From positions 66,826 to 130,825 of the forward strand of contig JBAZMK010000001.1 in the NCBI GenBank assembly GCA_041649755.1: 64,000 nucleotides of DNA, read 5' to 3'. The translations under genes were made by a program, and so were the position numbers. Under the pieces are notes generated by a model. That model was not told the DNA's origin. It made no database searches and saw only the letters and a program-made list of their open reading frames with translations. Source of the DNA: Candidatus Pacearchaeota archaeon (lineage in GTDB: Archaea > Nanobdellota > Nanobdellia > Pacearchaeales > GW2011-AR1). Shown piece by piece: positions 36,266 to 47,037 of this stretch (position 1 is its first letter; each line of letters begins with the position of its first letter).

Positions 36266-39124
36266 TTAAACTTTTAGACTGATAATTTTAGATATGTTTT
36301 CCTGCATTGAAACTCCATAAAGACTCGTTGCCTCAGATATTAGCGTGTCATTGTGGGTGATAATTATATACTGACCACTTTTAAGATATTTTTTTATCAT
36401 AGCTGCAAGAAGTTCTGAATTGTGTTTATCAAGAGCAGCATCAATTTCGTCAAAAATGTAAAACGAATAGGGGCGGTATTCCTGTATAGCAAAAATCAAT
36501 GAAAGGGCAACGAGAGTTTTTTCTCCGCCTGAAAGGCTGGTTATATCAAAATATTTACCTCTTGAAACTTTAATGAGAATATTTATTCCTGCGTCAAAGG
36601 GATTCTTTTTATCTTCAAGTTCAAGGAATATTTCTCCTTTTTTAGAAAGTTGTTTAAAATTTCTTGTAAAGAGTTCATTAACTGAATTAAGTGTTCCAAG
36701 AAAAGCCTTTTTCTTTTTCTTATCTATTTCACTGATAATTTTTTGAATTTTCTCTTTTTCATTCTCTATTGTTTCAACTTTTTGTTTTATAGATTCGCAC
36801 TGCTCGGCGACTTTATCAAAGATTTCCAACGCCCTCATATTAACATTCCCTAACTGAGATATTCTAAATTGAGCTTTTCCAAGCCGTTCTCTAACCTGTT
36901 CAACAGGAATCTGTAAAATTTCAATGTCTCCGAATTCAACTAATTCATTCTTTAACGAATCAATTTGTGCTGAAAACTGGGCTTTTAAAATTTTATTGTT
37001 ATTTACCTTTTCTTCAAGGTTCCTGACAGTATGTTGCAAACCTATAACATCTGTTTCTATTACTTTCTGCTGGTCCTGTACTTCGTTTCTTTGCGAGAAA
37101 AATTTCTGAAATTTCTCGTATAATTCCTGCTCTTCTTTTTCTTTTTTCTCAAGAATCTTCTCTTTATCGGAAAGTATAACCTCAATCTTTTTTAACTCTA
37201 TTGAAGAATCTTCTATATCTCTTTCTATCCTCTTTAATTCTACATTAATTCTATTTATTTCACGCTGTTTCAAAGAAACCTCTGTGTCAAAATCAGTATC
37301 TTTAAAAGACAATTCCTGTATTTTCAACCTGACCTCATCATAATTTTCCTCAACATCTTTAATCTTTTCAAATTCTTCTTTTAGTGAATGAATTTTCTCT
37401 TTTTTTCCTTTAATAATTTCTTTCGAATCTTCAATTTCTTTTCTTATTAATTTAGCCTGATTTTGTTTTTCCGTGACGTTCTTGATTTTTATTCTATCAA
37501 TATCTAATTCGTTAATTTGTTTGCTTAATTTAAAAATTTCCTCTCGGAGACTATTTATCTCTATTTGGTATTTTTCTTTAAGAATTTCATTTTCTTTTAA
37601 TTCTTTTTCTGCTTTGTCTATTTTTTCCTTCGATTCAACCGAAATTTTATGTTTGTGGTCTGAACTAACTTCTTGTTTGCAAATAGGGCAATTTTCCAAA
37701 TTTATAATATCTCTTCTTAATTTTTCTTCTTTTGATATTCCTTCTTCAAGTATAGCATTCTTTTTTTCAATAGTTAATATTTCTTTCTCTATTTTAGAAA
37801 AAGTCATTTCTTTTTCTTTTATTTCTGTAGTCTTTTTTTCTTTTAATTTATCAACGGCATCAAGGGATTTTTCATATTTTATTTCTTGGTTTAACTCGTT
37901 AATATTTTTTTCTATGAGCTTTATTTCCTGCTCAGATTCTTTTATGAATTTCTCCTTTTCTTCTTTTATACTCTCCTGAGTTGAAATGTCTGCCTTAAGA
38001 ATATAAAACTTTCTTCTTTGTTGTTCAAGCTTGTCAAATTTTTCCTGAAGAGTCTTTGATATCTCCTGCTGTTTTTTTATCTCAGGGGAATTTTTCTGAA
38101 GGTTTGAAATCTCCTCGTTAAGTTTCTCAATTTTTTCTTTATAATATAATAATCTCTCGTTGCCTTGATTTTTCCTATTTTCATGATTTTCATACTTAAC
38201 TCTAAGTCCTGCGAGTTCTGCTTTAAGGTCGGAGATTTCTCTATGAATTTCGTCCTGCTCACTACTTGACTGAATCTTTTTATTGATAATCTGTATTTTT
38301 CCCTGAAGTTCTTCAACTTTTTGATTCTTTATTTCAATATCTTTTTTAATTTTTTCTACGTCCTTTTCTATGTTTTCTATAGCCCTATCAACACCCCATA
38401 TTTCTTTTTCTTTTTCTTTGAGATTTTTAAAAAGAAGAGTCGCTTTACATTTTTTAATCATTTCTTCAAGTTTTTGATGAGAAATCGCTTCTTGTCTTTC
38501 TTTCTCAAGATTTTTAAGAAAATTGCTCCTCTCTTTAAGAACTGCTGAAACTTCTTTCAATCTTTCCTCAGTTTTTTCAAGTTCTCTTAGGCTTTTGTGC
38601 TTTCTAGTTTCATAAATTGAAATTCCTGCTACCTCTTCTATTATCTGTCTTCTTTCTTCTGAAGTTGATTTAACAAGTGACTGGATTTCTCCCTGTAAAA
38701 CAATGTTAAAGCCATTTGGGTCAATTCCCCCTTGAGCAAGGAGCTCAATTAATTCCTGTCTTGATTTAGTTTCTCCGTTTATTTTATAGATTGACTGACC
38801 ATTTTTTCTTACAATTCTCTTAATCGTAACCTCCTTAGAGTCTATTCCAAAGGTTTTATCTTCATTGTCAAAAATCAACTCTACAAAAGCCTCGTTTGAA
38901 CCCTTGTAAATTTTGTTCCCAGAAAAAAGAAGATTCGCTGCTCTTGCCGCACGAATTGACTTTATAGAGAGTCTTCCTAAAACAAAACAAAGTGCATCTG
39001 TAATATTTGATTTTCCAGAACCATTTGGACCGACAATAACATTCATAGCGTTTTCAAAAGGAATCTCGGTTTTTCTTGCAAAACTTTTAAAGCCCTGCAT
39101 CACCATTTTTTTTATGTAAGTCAT
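36266..39124 (-). CDS. smc: SMC-family ATPase with central CxxC hook and no recognisable hinge
   Basis: GFKSF, GPNGSGKSNI.DA, VLQG, LSGGEKT, FDEIDAALD, IITH; CPIC at residue ~479 of 952. Confidence 0.85.
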   Translation of the reverse strand: MTYIKKMVMQGFKSFARKTEIPFENAMNVIVGPNGSGKSNITDALCFVLGRLSIKSIRAARAANLLFSGNKIYKGSNEAFVELIFDNEDKTFGIDSKEVTIKRIVRKNGQSIYKINGETKSRQELIELLAQGGIDPNGFNIVLQGEIQSLVKSTSEERRQIIEEVAGISIYETRKHKSLRELEKTEERLKEVSAVLKERSNFLKNLEKERQEAISHQKLEEMIKKCKATLLFKNLKEKEKEIWGVDRAIENIEKDVEKIKKDIEIKNQKVEELQGKIQIINKKIQSSSEQDEIHREISDLKAELAGLRVKYENHENRKNQGNERLLYYKEKIEKLNEEISNLQKNSPEIKKQQEISKTLQEKFDKLEQQRRKFYILKADISTQESIKEEKEKFIKESEQEIKLIEKNINELNQEIKYEKSLDAVDKLKEKKTTEIKEKEMTFSKIEKEILTIEKKNAILEEGISKEEKLRRDIINLENCPICKQEVSSDHKHKISVESKEKIDKAEKELKENEILKEKYQIEINSLREEIFKLSKQINELDIDRIKIKNVTEKQNQAKLIRKEIEDSKEIIKGKKEKIHSLKEEFEKIKDVEENYDEVRLKIQELSFKDTDFDTEVSLKQREINRINVELKRIERDIEDSSIELKKIEVILSDKEKILEKKEKEEQELYEKFQKFFSQRNEVQDQQKVIETDVIGLQHTVRNLEEKVNNNKILKAQFSAQIDSLKNELVEFGDIEILQIPVEQVRERLGKAQFRISQLGNVNMRALEIFDKVAEQCESIKQKVETIENEKEKIQKIISEIDKKKKKAFLGTLNSVNELFTRNFKQLSKKGEIFLELEDKKNPFDAGINILIKVSRGKYFDITSLSGGEKTLVALSLIFAIQEYRPYSFYIFDEIDAALDKHNSELLAAMIKKYLKSGQYIIITHNDTLISEATSLYGVSMQENISKIISLKV

Positions 39125-39148
39125 AGATTTTACAAGAATAAAGAGTTT

Positions 39149-39811
39149 TTAAGGATTATCAAATAATTTACTCTGTCTATCTTTCTTTACTATTCTAATG
39201 ATTGTTTCCCATGAAAACCTAATTGTGTGACTGTATTTTGAATTATTATGGTTTCCTCTGATGAACTCTTTTGTTTTGGGGTCAGAAGGGTAACCGCTTC
39301 CAAAATCCACTTCAAGTTCTTTTTTCAACCTAGCGATTTCTTCTTCGCGTTTTTCTTTAGCTATAATCGATGCGGCTGAGACAACTAGGTGGTTTACATC
39401 TGCTTTGTGTTCGCAATACATCTTTATAATTTCGGGCTTTTTTAGGAGTTTTGAAACATCTCTCCCCCAAGAAGAAAGATTAACGGAAGGACAGTCAACA
39501 ATAACATCAATAGGTTCTGAAATACTTTCTGTAAGTTTATTTATTATTTTTGCAGCTTTTATAGCCTCTAAATAATTTAGATTATCGGATTCGTCTATCT
39601 CTTTAGGATATGTTACTTCTATGTGGCTCTTAAACTTTTTCTTTATTTTGTCTCCAATTTCTTTTCTTTTTTTTGGAGTAAGGAGTTTGGAATCTTTGGC
39701 TCCCCATTCTTTCAAAATTTTTTTATCTTTTTCTTCTATAAGAACTCCTGCAAGAATCATTGGTCCAATCACTGGACCCCTCCCAGCATCATCAATACCT
39801 ATAATCTTCAT
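39149..39811 (-). CDS. rnhB: Ribonuclease HII
   Basis: GIDDAGRGPVIGP, DSKLL, VSAASIIAK, GSGYPSDP. Confidence 0.96.
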   Translation of the reverse strand: MKIIGIDDAGRGPVIGPMILAGVLIEEKDKKILKEWGAKDSKLLTPKKRKEIGDKIKKKFKSHIEVTYPKEIDESDNLNYLEAIKAAKIINKLTESISEPIDVIVDCPSVNLSSWGRDVSKLLKKPEIIKMYCEHKADVNHLVVSAASIIAKEKREEEIARLKKELEVDFGSGYPSDPKTKEFIRGNHNNSKYSHTIRFSWETIIRIVKKDRQSKLFDNP

Positions 39812-39862
39812 AAAATAAAAAGAAAGGAAGAGTTTATATTGTTTCTCATATTTTAATAAATT

Positions 39863-40642
39863 TTAAACAGATAATTTAAAAAACAAATTCTTCAAAAACA
39901 ATAAAATTCCTAAGGTGATTATTGTAAATCCAACTAGTTTATTTAATGTTTTTTCGTCTAATAAATTAGCAAATTTTGATGCAAAAATTGCCCCAATTAT
40001 TCCACCCCCTGCTCCGATAAATAAATAAGGAATTGAAAAAGGCATATTTACATAATGAGCAATTCCCCCGAATAATGCAATAAATATCATTAGAAAAACA
40101 GAAGTCCCGATTGCTTCGTGAGTTTTATAATCTAAAATAATCACAAGGGCTAATAAAATCATTATTCCACCCCCTGCCCCAAAAAATCCTGCGATTGTTC
40201 CGATAAGCAAACCTACTAAAATTAAAGAAAGGGTTTTATATTTTTCAAAAAAAGGAATATGTTTTTTAGTAGAAATATTTTTCTTCTTCTTTATCATAAT
40301 GGATAAACCAGCTAAAATGATTCCTATCCCTATGGCTAAACCTAAATTGTCAGAAGTAATGTTCTTAGAGAAATAACTTCCAATTAAAACAGCAACCAAA
40401 GAAGAAATTAACAAAATTAAACTTGGTTTTATTTTTATTCTTCCGTTTTTATGATAAATCAATGTTGCAAATAGAGAGGCAAAAACATCAATTGACAATG
40501 CGATTCCAATTGCTAAATAAGCGGGATAATCTAGGAATACAATAAGTAATGGTGCGGCGACCATTGCAGCACTAGCACCAACTAAACCCGTTACAATTCC
40601 TGCTCCAATTCCTGCGAGTAAAAGAATAATTATTTCTAACAT
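39863..40642 (-). CDS. TauE/SafE family membrane exporter
   Basis: About 8 TM segments; GFFGAGGG, AIGTS. Confidence 0.88.
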   Translation of the reverse strand: MLEIIILLLAGIGAGIVTGLVGASAAMVAAPLLIVFLDYPAYLAIGIALSIDVFASLFATLIYHKNGRIKIKPSLILLISSLVAVLIGSYFSKNITSDNLGLAIGIGIILAGLSIMIKKKKNISTKKHIPFFEKYKTLSLILVGLLIGTIAGFFGAGGGIMILLALVIILDYKTHEAIGTSVFLMIFIALFGGIAHYVNMPFSIPYLFIGAGGGIIGAIFASKFANLLDEKTLNKLVGFTIITLGILLFLKNLFFKLSV

Positions 40643-40707
40643 TTTTCCTTATTAAAAAACAACCTGAAGATCAAATAAGTTTGTTTTTCTGAATTACCAT
40701 TCTCAGA

Positions 40708-41409
40708 TTAATATTTTTCAATTTCTTTTCCACTTAACTTGACAATTTTTCCTTTTTCAAGAATACCTGCATCAAACCTCTCAATAGAATAATCATCGCC
40801 CTGAATCTCCTTAAATATTTTAAAGATTATTTTGATTGCCTCTTTTATTGTTAGGTTAGATTTATATTCCTCTCTTAATCTTGCTTTTATCTTGTCGTCG
40901 TTTTCGCCTATTGCGTTTGCTTTGTATTTTAAGTAATTTCCCGTAACATCTGTAGTGAACAAAACTGGTTTGTCTTCAATACCTGCAAACATCATTGAAA
41001 CCCCAAAAGGTCTCGCTCCACCATACTGAGTAAATTGCTGTTTAATATCTGCTATGTCCTGAACTATAGATTCTGTGCTTGCTGGGGAGTCATAGGTTAC
41101 CCGATGTTGCTGTGCTAAAACTCTCGCCTTTTCAATTAAAACTCTGGCGTCCGACATAACCCCTGCTGAAACCGCAATTATATGTTTATCAATTTCATTA
41201 ATCTTGTTAGCCGATTCTTCAACGATTAATTTATCTTTTTGCCTTCGGTCAGAGATAATCACTACTCCTTCCTTGCAGACTATCCCAACTGATGAAGAAC
41301 CTAGACGGATTGTTTTTTCAGCATATTCAACTTGAAGTATACGTCCGTCTGGAGCGAACATCGTCGCGGCTCGGTCATAGCCCATTTGTTGGTGTTGTAT
41401 GTCTTCCAT
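40708..41409 (-). CDS. psmA: Proteasome alpha subunit
   Basis: GYDRAATMFAPDGRILQVEYA, TQYGGARPFGVS. Confidence 0.96.
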   Translation of the reverse strand: MEDIQHQQMGYDRAATMFAPDGRILQVEYAEKTIRLGSSSVGIVCKEGVVIISDRRQKDKLIVEESANKINEIDKHIIAVSAGVMSDARVLIEKARVLAQQHRVTYDSPASTESIVQDIADIKQQFTQYGGARPFGVSMMFAGIEDKPVLFTTDVTGNYLKYKANAIGENDDKIKARLREEYKSNLTIKEAIKIIFKIFKEIQGDDYSIERFDAGILEKGKIVKLSGKEIEKY

Positions 41410-41446
41410 ATTAAAGAATATTATAATTAATTATAAGACAACCTTT

Positions 41447-41749
41447 TTAAGATTTTCTATGTTTTTTGGACAGCCCTTTTATAGTTCCACTGACTTTTTC
41501 AATAGAAATCCCTGCAAGGGCAAGTCCTGCTCGGACATCTTCCAGAGATTCTCTAAGACAACTTCCTATAATCTTACCCCGAAAATCTTTTAATCTAATC
41601 TCTGTATAACCTGACTTAGCAAAACCAAGAATGCCAAGATAGTCAAGAAGTGCCTTTCTTACTATGGTTGACTCAAGAGTATCTAAGACTAAATATCTTC
41701 TTTTATCTCTTTGAGAGGGTTTTAGCTTTAACTTTTTTACTTTTTCCAT
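41447..41749 (-). CDS. RNase P protein Pop5/Rpp14 family
   Basis: KPSQRDKRRYL...LG.LG...VSGTIKGL; adjacent to psmA as in many archaea. Confidence 0.8.
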   Translation of the reverse strand: MEKVKKLKLKPSQRDKRRYLVLDTLESTIVRKALLDYLGILGFAKSGYTEIRLKDFRGKIIGSCLRESLEDVRAGLALAGISIEKVSGTIKGLSKKHRKS

Positions 41750-44324
41750 AGGAATATGTAGTCTCTTTTCTTTTAATTCTTTTCCATCTAAAGAAAAAAA
41801 GCAAGATTATCAAAAGAATAATAAACAGAAAATAGAGTGATTCACTCATGGGTTCTTCTTTGGGGATATTTTGTATTTCTTCTTTTTTTGTTTTAGGTTC
41901 TACTCTAATCTTCTCATATATCCTTTCTAAAACTACAACCGCTTTTTCTAACTCAATCTTTTCTAACGCTACTTTTAAATCATAATATTCTATGGAACTT
42001 AGATTAACTTTCCTTTCTTCGCCGATGTTTAAAGTTAGATTAATTGGGGAGCTTTGAATTAAGATTCTCGCCTGATTCTCGCCGATTTCAAGAACTCGGA
42101 TGCTATGAGAATTATTATTGAGACTAAAAGAGAACGTTTCTCCTGTTTTTAGGCTTTTTTTTGTAATCTCTCCTTGCTTAATTTCTATTACAGGGGGTGC
42201 TCCTGAAGTTGTCCCGGTGCTTCTGCTTGAGCCTCCAGAACCAATATATGTTGAAGCGAGTGTTGTAAAACTTCCAGAATCATTTACACAATTTTCTGCC
42301 CTGTCACAAGAAGTAATAATATAATTATAGGTTGTTGAAGAAGAAAGACCAGTCAATGCAAATGAATGTGTAGTGTTATACTCTGAAAAACTGCCTCCGA
42401 TATCCACAGAAGAATTCGCGGGCTCACTTGTTCCCCAAGTTATTACAGCCGAAGAGGAAGTTATACTCTCTTCATTCAGAGAACTTATTTGTGGGGAAGT
42501 TGCATCAAAGATAATCGTATGGTTAGAAGTTGCAAAAGAGTAATTTCCTCCTTCGTTATAAGCTAAACAGTTCCAAGAATAATTGCCTTCTTCAGTAAAA
42601 TTTGAGGTGAATATAGTTTGATTATCTGTACCAGAAATATTTTCAAAAGAAGATTTTATTTCATTACTCTCGTTATTCCAAAGATAAAATGTGACATTCG
42701 TGAGATTATAATTTTCATAGGAGAATAATTGGCACGTGAAGTTAGTTTCATTATTTTTTGTGTATGTGTTATTTAATGGTGAAGATAAATTTACTAAGAT
42801 GCCTTTAGAGGTGAAAGTAAAGTTTGAAGAAGAAAAACCTAAGTTGTCCTTTTCATCGTAGACAAAACAATTCCATTCGTAATCCCCTAAGGGGATATTG
42901 ATTATATCAAAAGAAGTTTCATTCTGGGTTCCTGTCAAATTTTTTGTTTCATTGTAATAAAAACTGCTTTCATTCCATATTTTGAGAGTGATATTTTTTA
43001 ACTGCCAGTCTGTTGCGTTGCAGGTAAAGGTTTTATTTCCAGATAAGTTTACTTCATTGTTTTCCGGGGAAACAAGGTATACCTCTGGCTGAATGTTATC
43101 TAAAAATAGTATTGCGGAGTATACGTCAATTCTTGATAGATTATTTGTTATAAAATTTATTGAGTATCCGGTTAAATTAAGGGCTTCTAATATCTCGTTC
43201 TGTGTTTTTTCTGGTAGCAGACTTTTTATTAAACCTATTGAACCTGCAACTAGGGGGGTGGACATTGAAGTTCCGTCGGCAGAAGCATATCCATTATTTA
43301 GATAGGAGGAAGTTATATTTGAACCTGGGGCAGCGATATCCACCCAGCTTCCATAATTAGAGAAGTTACTCTTTAAGTCAGAAGCATTAGTTGCTCCGAC
43401 AGAGAGTACATTATCATACGCTGCAGGATAAGTTAAGGTGTTGGTATTTTCATTTCCTGCCGCTGCAACCAAAATTATCCCTGCATCGTAAGCGTCCTGT
43501 AATACTTCTTCTATTCCTGAAGAAGAGGATGTTGCTCCAAAACTCATAGAGATTATATCTGCTCCATTGTCTATTGAATAGTTAATTGCTTGGATAATAG
43601 ATGGGGTTTGCAACGACCCCCTCCCTAAGATATCTCTGTACCCTGCTCTTAATACCATAATTTTACAATTCGGACAAATCCCAGATATCCCTATAGAATT
43701 ATTTGTTTTTGCTGCTGCAATCCCTGCACAATGAGTCCCGTGACCATACAAATCAATTGGATTACTATCTGTTTCATTGCAATCTTCGTTTAAAGAAGAA
43801 CACTCAGATTCGTCCTGAACGTCTACAAAATCGTAACCTATTATGTCATCTATATATCCATTTCCATCATCATCATAGCCGTTAATAGTTTCGTCAGTGT
43901 TATTCCAAATGTTATCCTCTAAATCCGAATGGTTCCATTCAACTCCTGTATCAATAATTGCTATAACAACCGACTCATTTCCTTTTGTTAGGTTCCAACT
44001 CTCTTCGGAAGAGATTTTTTTAAGATGCCATTGAAGAGAATAATATTCATCATTAGGTGTCCAGAAAGTATGGTAAATATAATTGGGCTCTGCATAGAGT
44101 ACATCTTCTCTTTTAGAGTATTCTTCTGCCTTTTCTTTTATATCTAAAACTTCCAAGTTTTTTATTTTACTCTCGGTTTTAATTGATGGGGCATCAAGTT
44201 TACGCACTTCTAAAGAGCCGTTTTTGTATTTGACGAATATTTCATTAGGAACATACTCCCCACTTCCATAAACAAAGCTACAAAATAAAATCCCAAAAAA
44301 GAAAATAATCAAAACTTTATTCAT
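41703..44324 (-). CDS. Membrane-anchored S8 (subtilisin-like) serine peptidase with Ig/FN3-like repeats
   Basis: IAIIDTGV, HGTHCAG, AAAGN, GTSMSTP; signal peptide from ATG 44324; C-terminal TM. Confidence 0.92.
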   Translation of the reverse strand: MNKVLIIFFFGILFCSFVYGSGEYVPNEIFVKYKNGSLEVRKLDAPSIKTESKIKNLEVLDIKEKAEEYSKREDVLYAEPNYIYHTFWTPNDEYYSLQWHLKKISSEESWNLTKGNESVVIAIIDTGVEWNHSDLEDNIWNNTDETINGYDDDGNGYIDDIIGYDFVDVQDESECSSLNEDCNETDSNPIDLYGHGTHCAGIAAAKTNNSIGISGICPNCKIMVLRAGYRDILGRGSLQTPSIIQAINYSIDNGADIISMSFGATSSSSGIEEVLQDAYDAGIILVAAAGNENTNTLTYPAAYDNVLSVGATNASDLKSNFSNYGSWVDIAAPGSNITSSYLNNGYASADGTSMSTPLVAGSIGLIKSLLPEKTQNEILEALNLTGYSINFITNNLSRIDVYSAILFLDNIQPEVYLVSPENNEVNLSGNKTFTCNATDWQLKNITLKIWNESSFYYNETKNLTGTQNETSFDIINIPLGDYEWNCFVYDEKDNLGFSSSNFTFTSKGILVNLSSPLNNTYTKNNETNFTCQLFSYENYNLTNVTFYLWNNESNEIKSSFENISGTDNQTIFTSNFTEEGNYSWNCLAYNEGGNYSFATSNHTIIFDATSPQISSLNEESITSSSAVITWGTSEPANSSVDIGGSFSEYNTTHSFALTGLSSSTTYNYIITSCDRAENCVNDSGSFTTLASTYIGSGGSSRSTGTTSGAPPVIEIKQGEITKKSLKTGETFSFSLNNNSHSIRVLEIGENQARILIQSSPINLTLNIGEERKVNLSSIEYYDLKVALEKIELEKAVVVLERIYEKIRVEPKTKKEEIQNIPKEEPMSESLYFLFIILLIILLFFFRWKRIKRKETTYSYGKSKKVKAKTLSKR

Positions 44325-44745
44325 TCCAGACAACCCCACATTTTCCGTCGATGAAATCGCAGTAGCCAGCCCCACAATCCATTGTTCCGGCGCGACATTC
44401 CATTGTACAGAAAATATCTGAGCAGTTTGGAGCTAAATCTTTTTGAACACAGGAAGTTGCGTGACAGCACTGTGCAGGTACACATTCTATTTCGCTATCA
44501 AGTTCGCATTCCCTTTTAAAAAAAGCCCACTCTTCACATTCTTCTCCTGACGAAGAGACACAATAACCAACCTGTCCTTCTTCTTTTTCACGAATTTCTA
44601 ATTCATGCCCTCGAGATATACAATATTCTGACGCAGGGTTAGCTATTTGATTAGCCGAGTTTTTTAAATCAAAAATAAATAAACTAATTCCTGTTAAAAT
44701 TAGCGCCCCTAATGCTATTGCTAAAACCAATATCTTTTTGTTCAT
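44317..44745 (-). CDS. Secreted Cys-rich protein with DUF333 domain
   Basis: IANPASEYC...G...GYC.....CEEWAF; second Cys module CVPAQCCHATSC. Confidence 0.85.
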   Translation of the reverse strand: MNKKILVLAIALGALILTGISLFIFDLKNSANQIANPASEYCISRGHELEIREKEEGQVGYCVSSSGEECEEWAFFKRECELDSEIECVPAQCCHATSCVQKDLAPNCSDIFCTMECRAGTMDCGAGYCDFIDGKCGVVWNE

Positions 44746-44793
44746 TGAAGGTTAACATATTTAAAGGTTAAAAATATTGCTATTTAAAGAGAC

Positions 44794-46125
44794 ATGGTAA
44801 AAATTCACACGGTCGGCGGTTTCTCGGAAGTTGGAAAAAATATGGTAGTCGTTGAACTAGAAGAAGACGCTTTTATTTTTGACGAGGGGTTTTTTCTGCC
44901 CGCGATAGTCTCTGTGCAGGAAAGAGACAAGATAATGACTGAAAAAAGGCTTCGTTCGGTTAGTGCAATTCCTAATGATTCTTCAATCAACAAGATTCGC
45001 CATAAGATACGGGCTCAATTTATTGGTCACGCACACCTTGACCATGTTGGAGCAGTTCCATTTATGTCAGACAAGTATGATGCGCCAATATTTGCTACAC
45101 CATTTACGGCTCAGGTGCTTGGGTCTTTATTAGCAGACAGCGATATAGTTCTAAGGAATAAGATTTATGAAATAAAACCTAATACTGCTTTTTATATTCA
45201 GGGAAAGAACAGAAAATATAGGGTGGATTTTATAAATATAACCCACTCTACTCTTCAGACGGCAATGATTGCGATACAGACTCCTAAAGGGAGTATCCTT
45301 TATGCTAATGACTTTAAACTTGACGAGACACCTATTTTAGGGTTAAAACCTAATTATAAAAGACTCAGAGAAATTGCCAATGAAGGAGTTTTGGCTTTCA
45401 TTGTTGACTCTCTTTATTCTGGTTCTGAGAGAAAAACACCTTCTGAAAAAATCGCCCGAGCCCTTTTGCAGGAAGTACTAACGCCCTTAAAAAATAAAAA
45501 AGATGGAATAATTGTGACTACATTTTCTTCTCACATCGCCCGTTTAAAAAGTATTATAGATTTTGGAAAACAATTAGACAGGCAGGTTGTTTTTTTAGGA
45601 AGAAGTCTGGATAAATATTCTAATGCCGCAAAAAATGCCGGGCTTGCACCTTTTTTAAATGATGTTAAAATTTCCAAGTACAGAAGGCAAGTTGAAAAGA
45701 CTTTAAAAGATGTTGAAAGGAGAAGAAAAGATTTTCTTGTTGTATGCACAGGACATCAGGGTGAGCCTGGTTCTATTCTTGAAAGGCTCTCAAGAAATCA
45801 GCTTCCTTTCAGGATTGGAAGAAATGACAATATTGTTTTTTCTTCAAGTGTTATCCCGACAGAAGTTAACCGAGAGCAGTTTGCTAAGATGGAAGCAAAA
45901 ATTAAAAAAAGCAAACCGAGAATTTTCAGGGACGCTCATGTTTCAGGACACGCCGGAAGAGAAGACCTTAGAGATATTATGCAATTAATTTCACCTCAAA
46001 ATGTAATTCCTTCACACGGAGGTCTTGACAAAACTAAACCCATGGCTAACCTTGTAAAAGAACTCGGATATCACTTAGGTAAGCAGTGTCACTTAATGCA
46101 GGATGGAGGTGTGCTAAAGTTATGA
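44794..46125 (+). CDS. rnj: Ribonuclease J (beta-CASP metallo-beta-lactamase)
   Basis: GGFSEVGKNM, HAHLDHVG, THS, TTFSSHIAR, TGHQGEP, HVSGHA, PSHG. Confidence 0.94.
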   Translation: MVKIHTVGGFSEVGKNMVVVELEEDAFIFDEGFFLPAIVSVQERDKIMTEKRLRSVSAIPNDSSINKIRHKIRAQFIGHAHLDHVGAVPFMSDKYDAPIFATPFTAQVLGSLLADSDIVLRNKIYEIKPNTAFYIQGKNRKYRVDFINITHSTLQTAMIAIQTPKGSILYANDFKLDETPILGLKPNYKRLREIANEGVLAFIVDSLYSGSERKTPSEKIARALLQEVLTPLKNKKDGIIVTTFSSHIARLKSIIDFGKQLDRQVVFLGRSLDKYSNAAKNAGLAPFLNDVKISKYRRQVEKTLKDVERRRKDFLVVCTGHQGEPGSILERLSRNQLPFRIGRNDNIVFSSSVIPTEVNREQFAKMEAKIKKSKPRIFRDAHVSGHAGREDLRDIMQLISPQNVIPSHGGLDKTKPMANLVKELGYHLGKQCHLMQDGGVLKL

Positions 46126-46487
46126 TGGAAGAAGTAGATTTTAGCGGAGCTATAAAGAATGGTCTGGAAAGAGGGGGGTCTTTGGAGGAGATAAAGGATT
46201 CTTTAATTAATTCGGGTTATGAACGTGAACAGGTGAATCGTGCTATTCAAGGAATAAACCTTAATTCTTTGGGATACATTAAAAAGTCTCCTTCTAATGA
46301 AGATTCAGGATTTGATTATCCTCCGCAAAAATTTCCTCCTCTTACAGGAAATATTCTTGTCAAACCTAAAAAAGCTCCTAAACGGAGTAAAATTGCAATA
46401 ATTATTCTGATTTTACTGATTATCGGGGGGGTTTTAGCATTCGTATTTAAAGATTTTTTATTGGACTTTATAAATGATTTGTTATAG
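46122..46487 (+). CDS. Hypothetical protein with C-terminal TM helix
   Basis: GLERGGSLEEIKDSLINSGY helical module; TM IAIIILILLIIGGVLAFVF; ATGA overlap with the rnj stop. Confidence 0.7.
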   Translation: MMEEVDFSGAIKNGLERGGSLEEIKDSLINSGYEREQVNRAIQGINLNSLGYIKKSPSNEDSGFDYPPQKFPPLTGNILVKPKKAPKRSKIAIIILILLIIGGVLAFVFKDFLLDFINDLL

Positions 46488-47037
46488 TATGGCAGAAATT
46501 TATTCTCCTTCAGAAGACTCTTACTTCTTTTCTGAATTTCTTAAAGATTGGTTAAAAAAATATAAAAATAAAAGTTTTAGTTATCTTGATATGGGGACTG
46601 GGAGTGGGATTTTGTCTGAAGTTGTTTCAAAGTTTACCGAAAAGAAGAATATTTTGGCGGTTGATATTAATCCTTCGGCTGTGAAATTTGTCAGAAATAA
46701 AGGGTTTAATTCTATTAAGTCTAATCTTTTTGAGAAAGTTGGGGGAAAATTTGATTTAGTTACATTTAACGCACCTTATTTGCCAGAAGATTATAGAGAA
46801 CCTAAAAGTTCTCGTGTTGCTACAACAGGAGGTAAAAAAGGCGACGAAATATCTTTAGAATTTTTAAAACAGGTTAAAAATCACCTTAATAAAAATGGAA
46901 GAGCTTTTTTGCTCATTTCATCACTCACCCCAATGAATAGAATAAAAAAATTCAACGGGAAAATTGTTGCAAGGAAAAAATTATTTATGGAGGGCCTGTT
47001 GCTCATTGAGTTTTCTATTCCTTATTCTTTTAAATAA
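46474..47037 (+). CDS. HemK/Mtq2-like methyltransferase
   Basis: YSPSEDS, LDMGTGSG, FNAPYLP. Confidence 0.9.
   Translation: MICYSMAEIYSPSEDSYFFSEFLKDWLKKYKNKSFSYLDMGTGSGILSEVVSKFTEKKNILAVDINPSAVKFVRNKGFNSIKSNLFEKVGGKFDLVTFNAPYLPEDYREPKSSRVATTGGKKGDEISLEFLKQVKNHLNKNGRAFLLISSLTPMNRIKKFNGKIVARKKLFMEGLLLIEFSIPYSFK

Noticed and set aside
44325..44375. N-terminal extension of the S8 peptidase ORF
   Set aside because: It overlaps the upstream DUF333 gene, and the signal peptide starts at ATG 44324.
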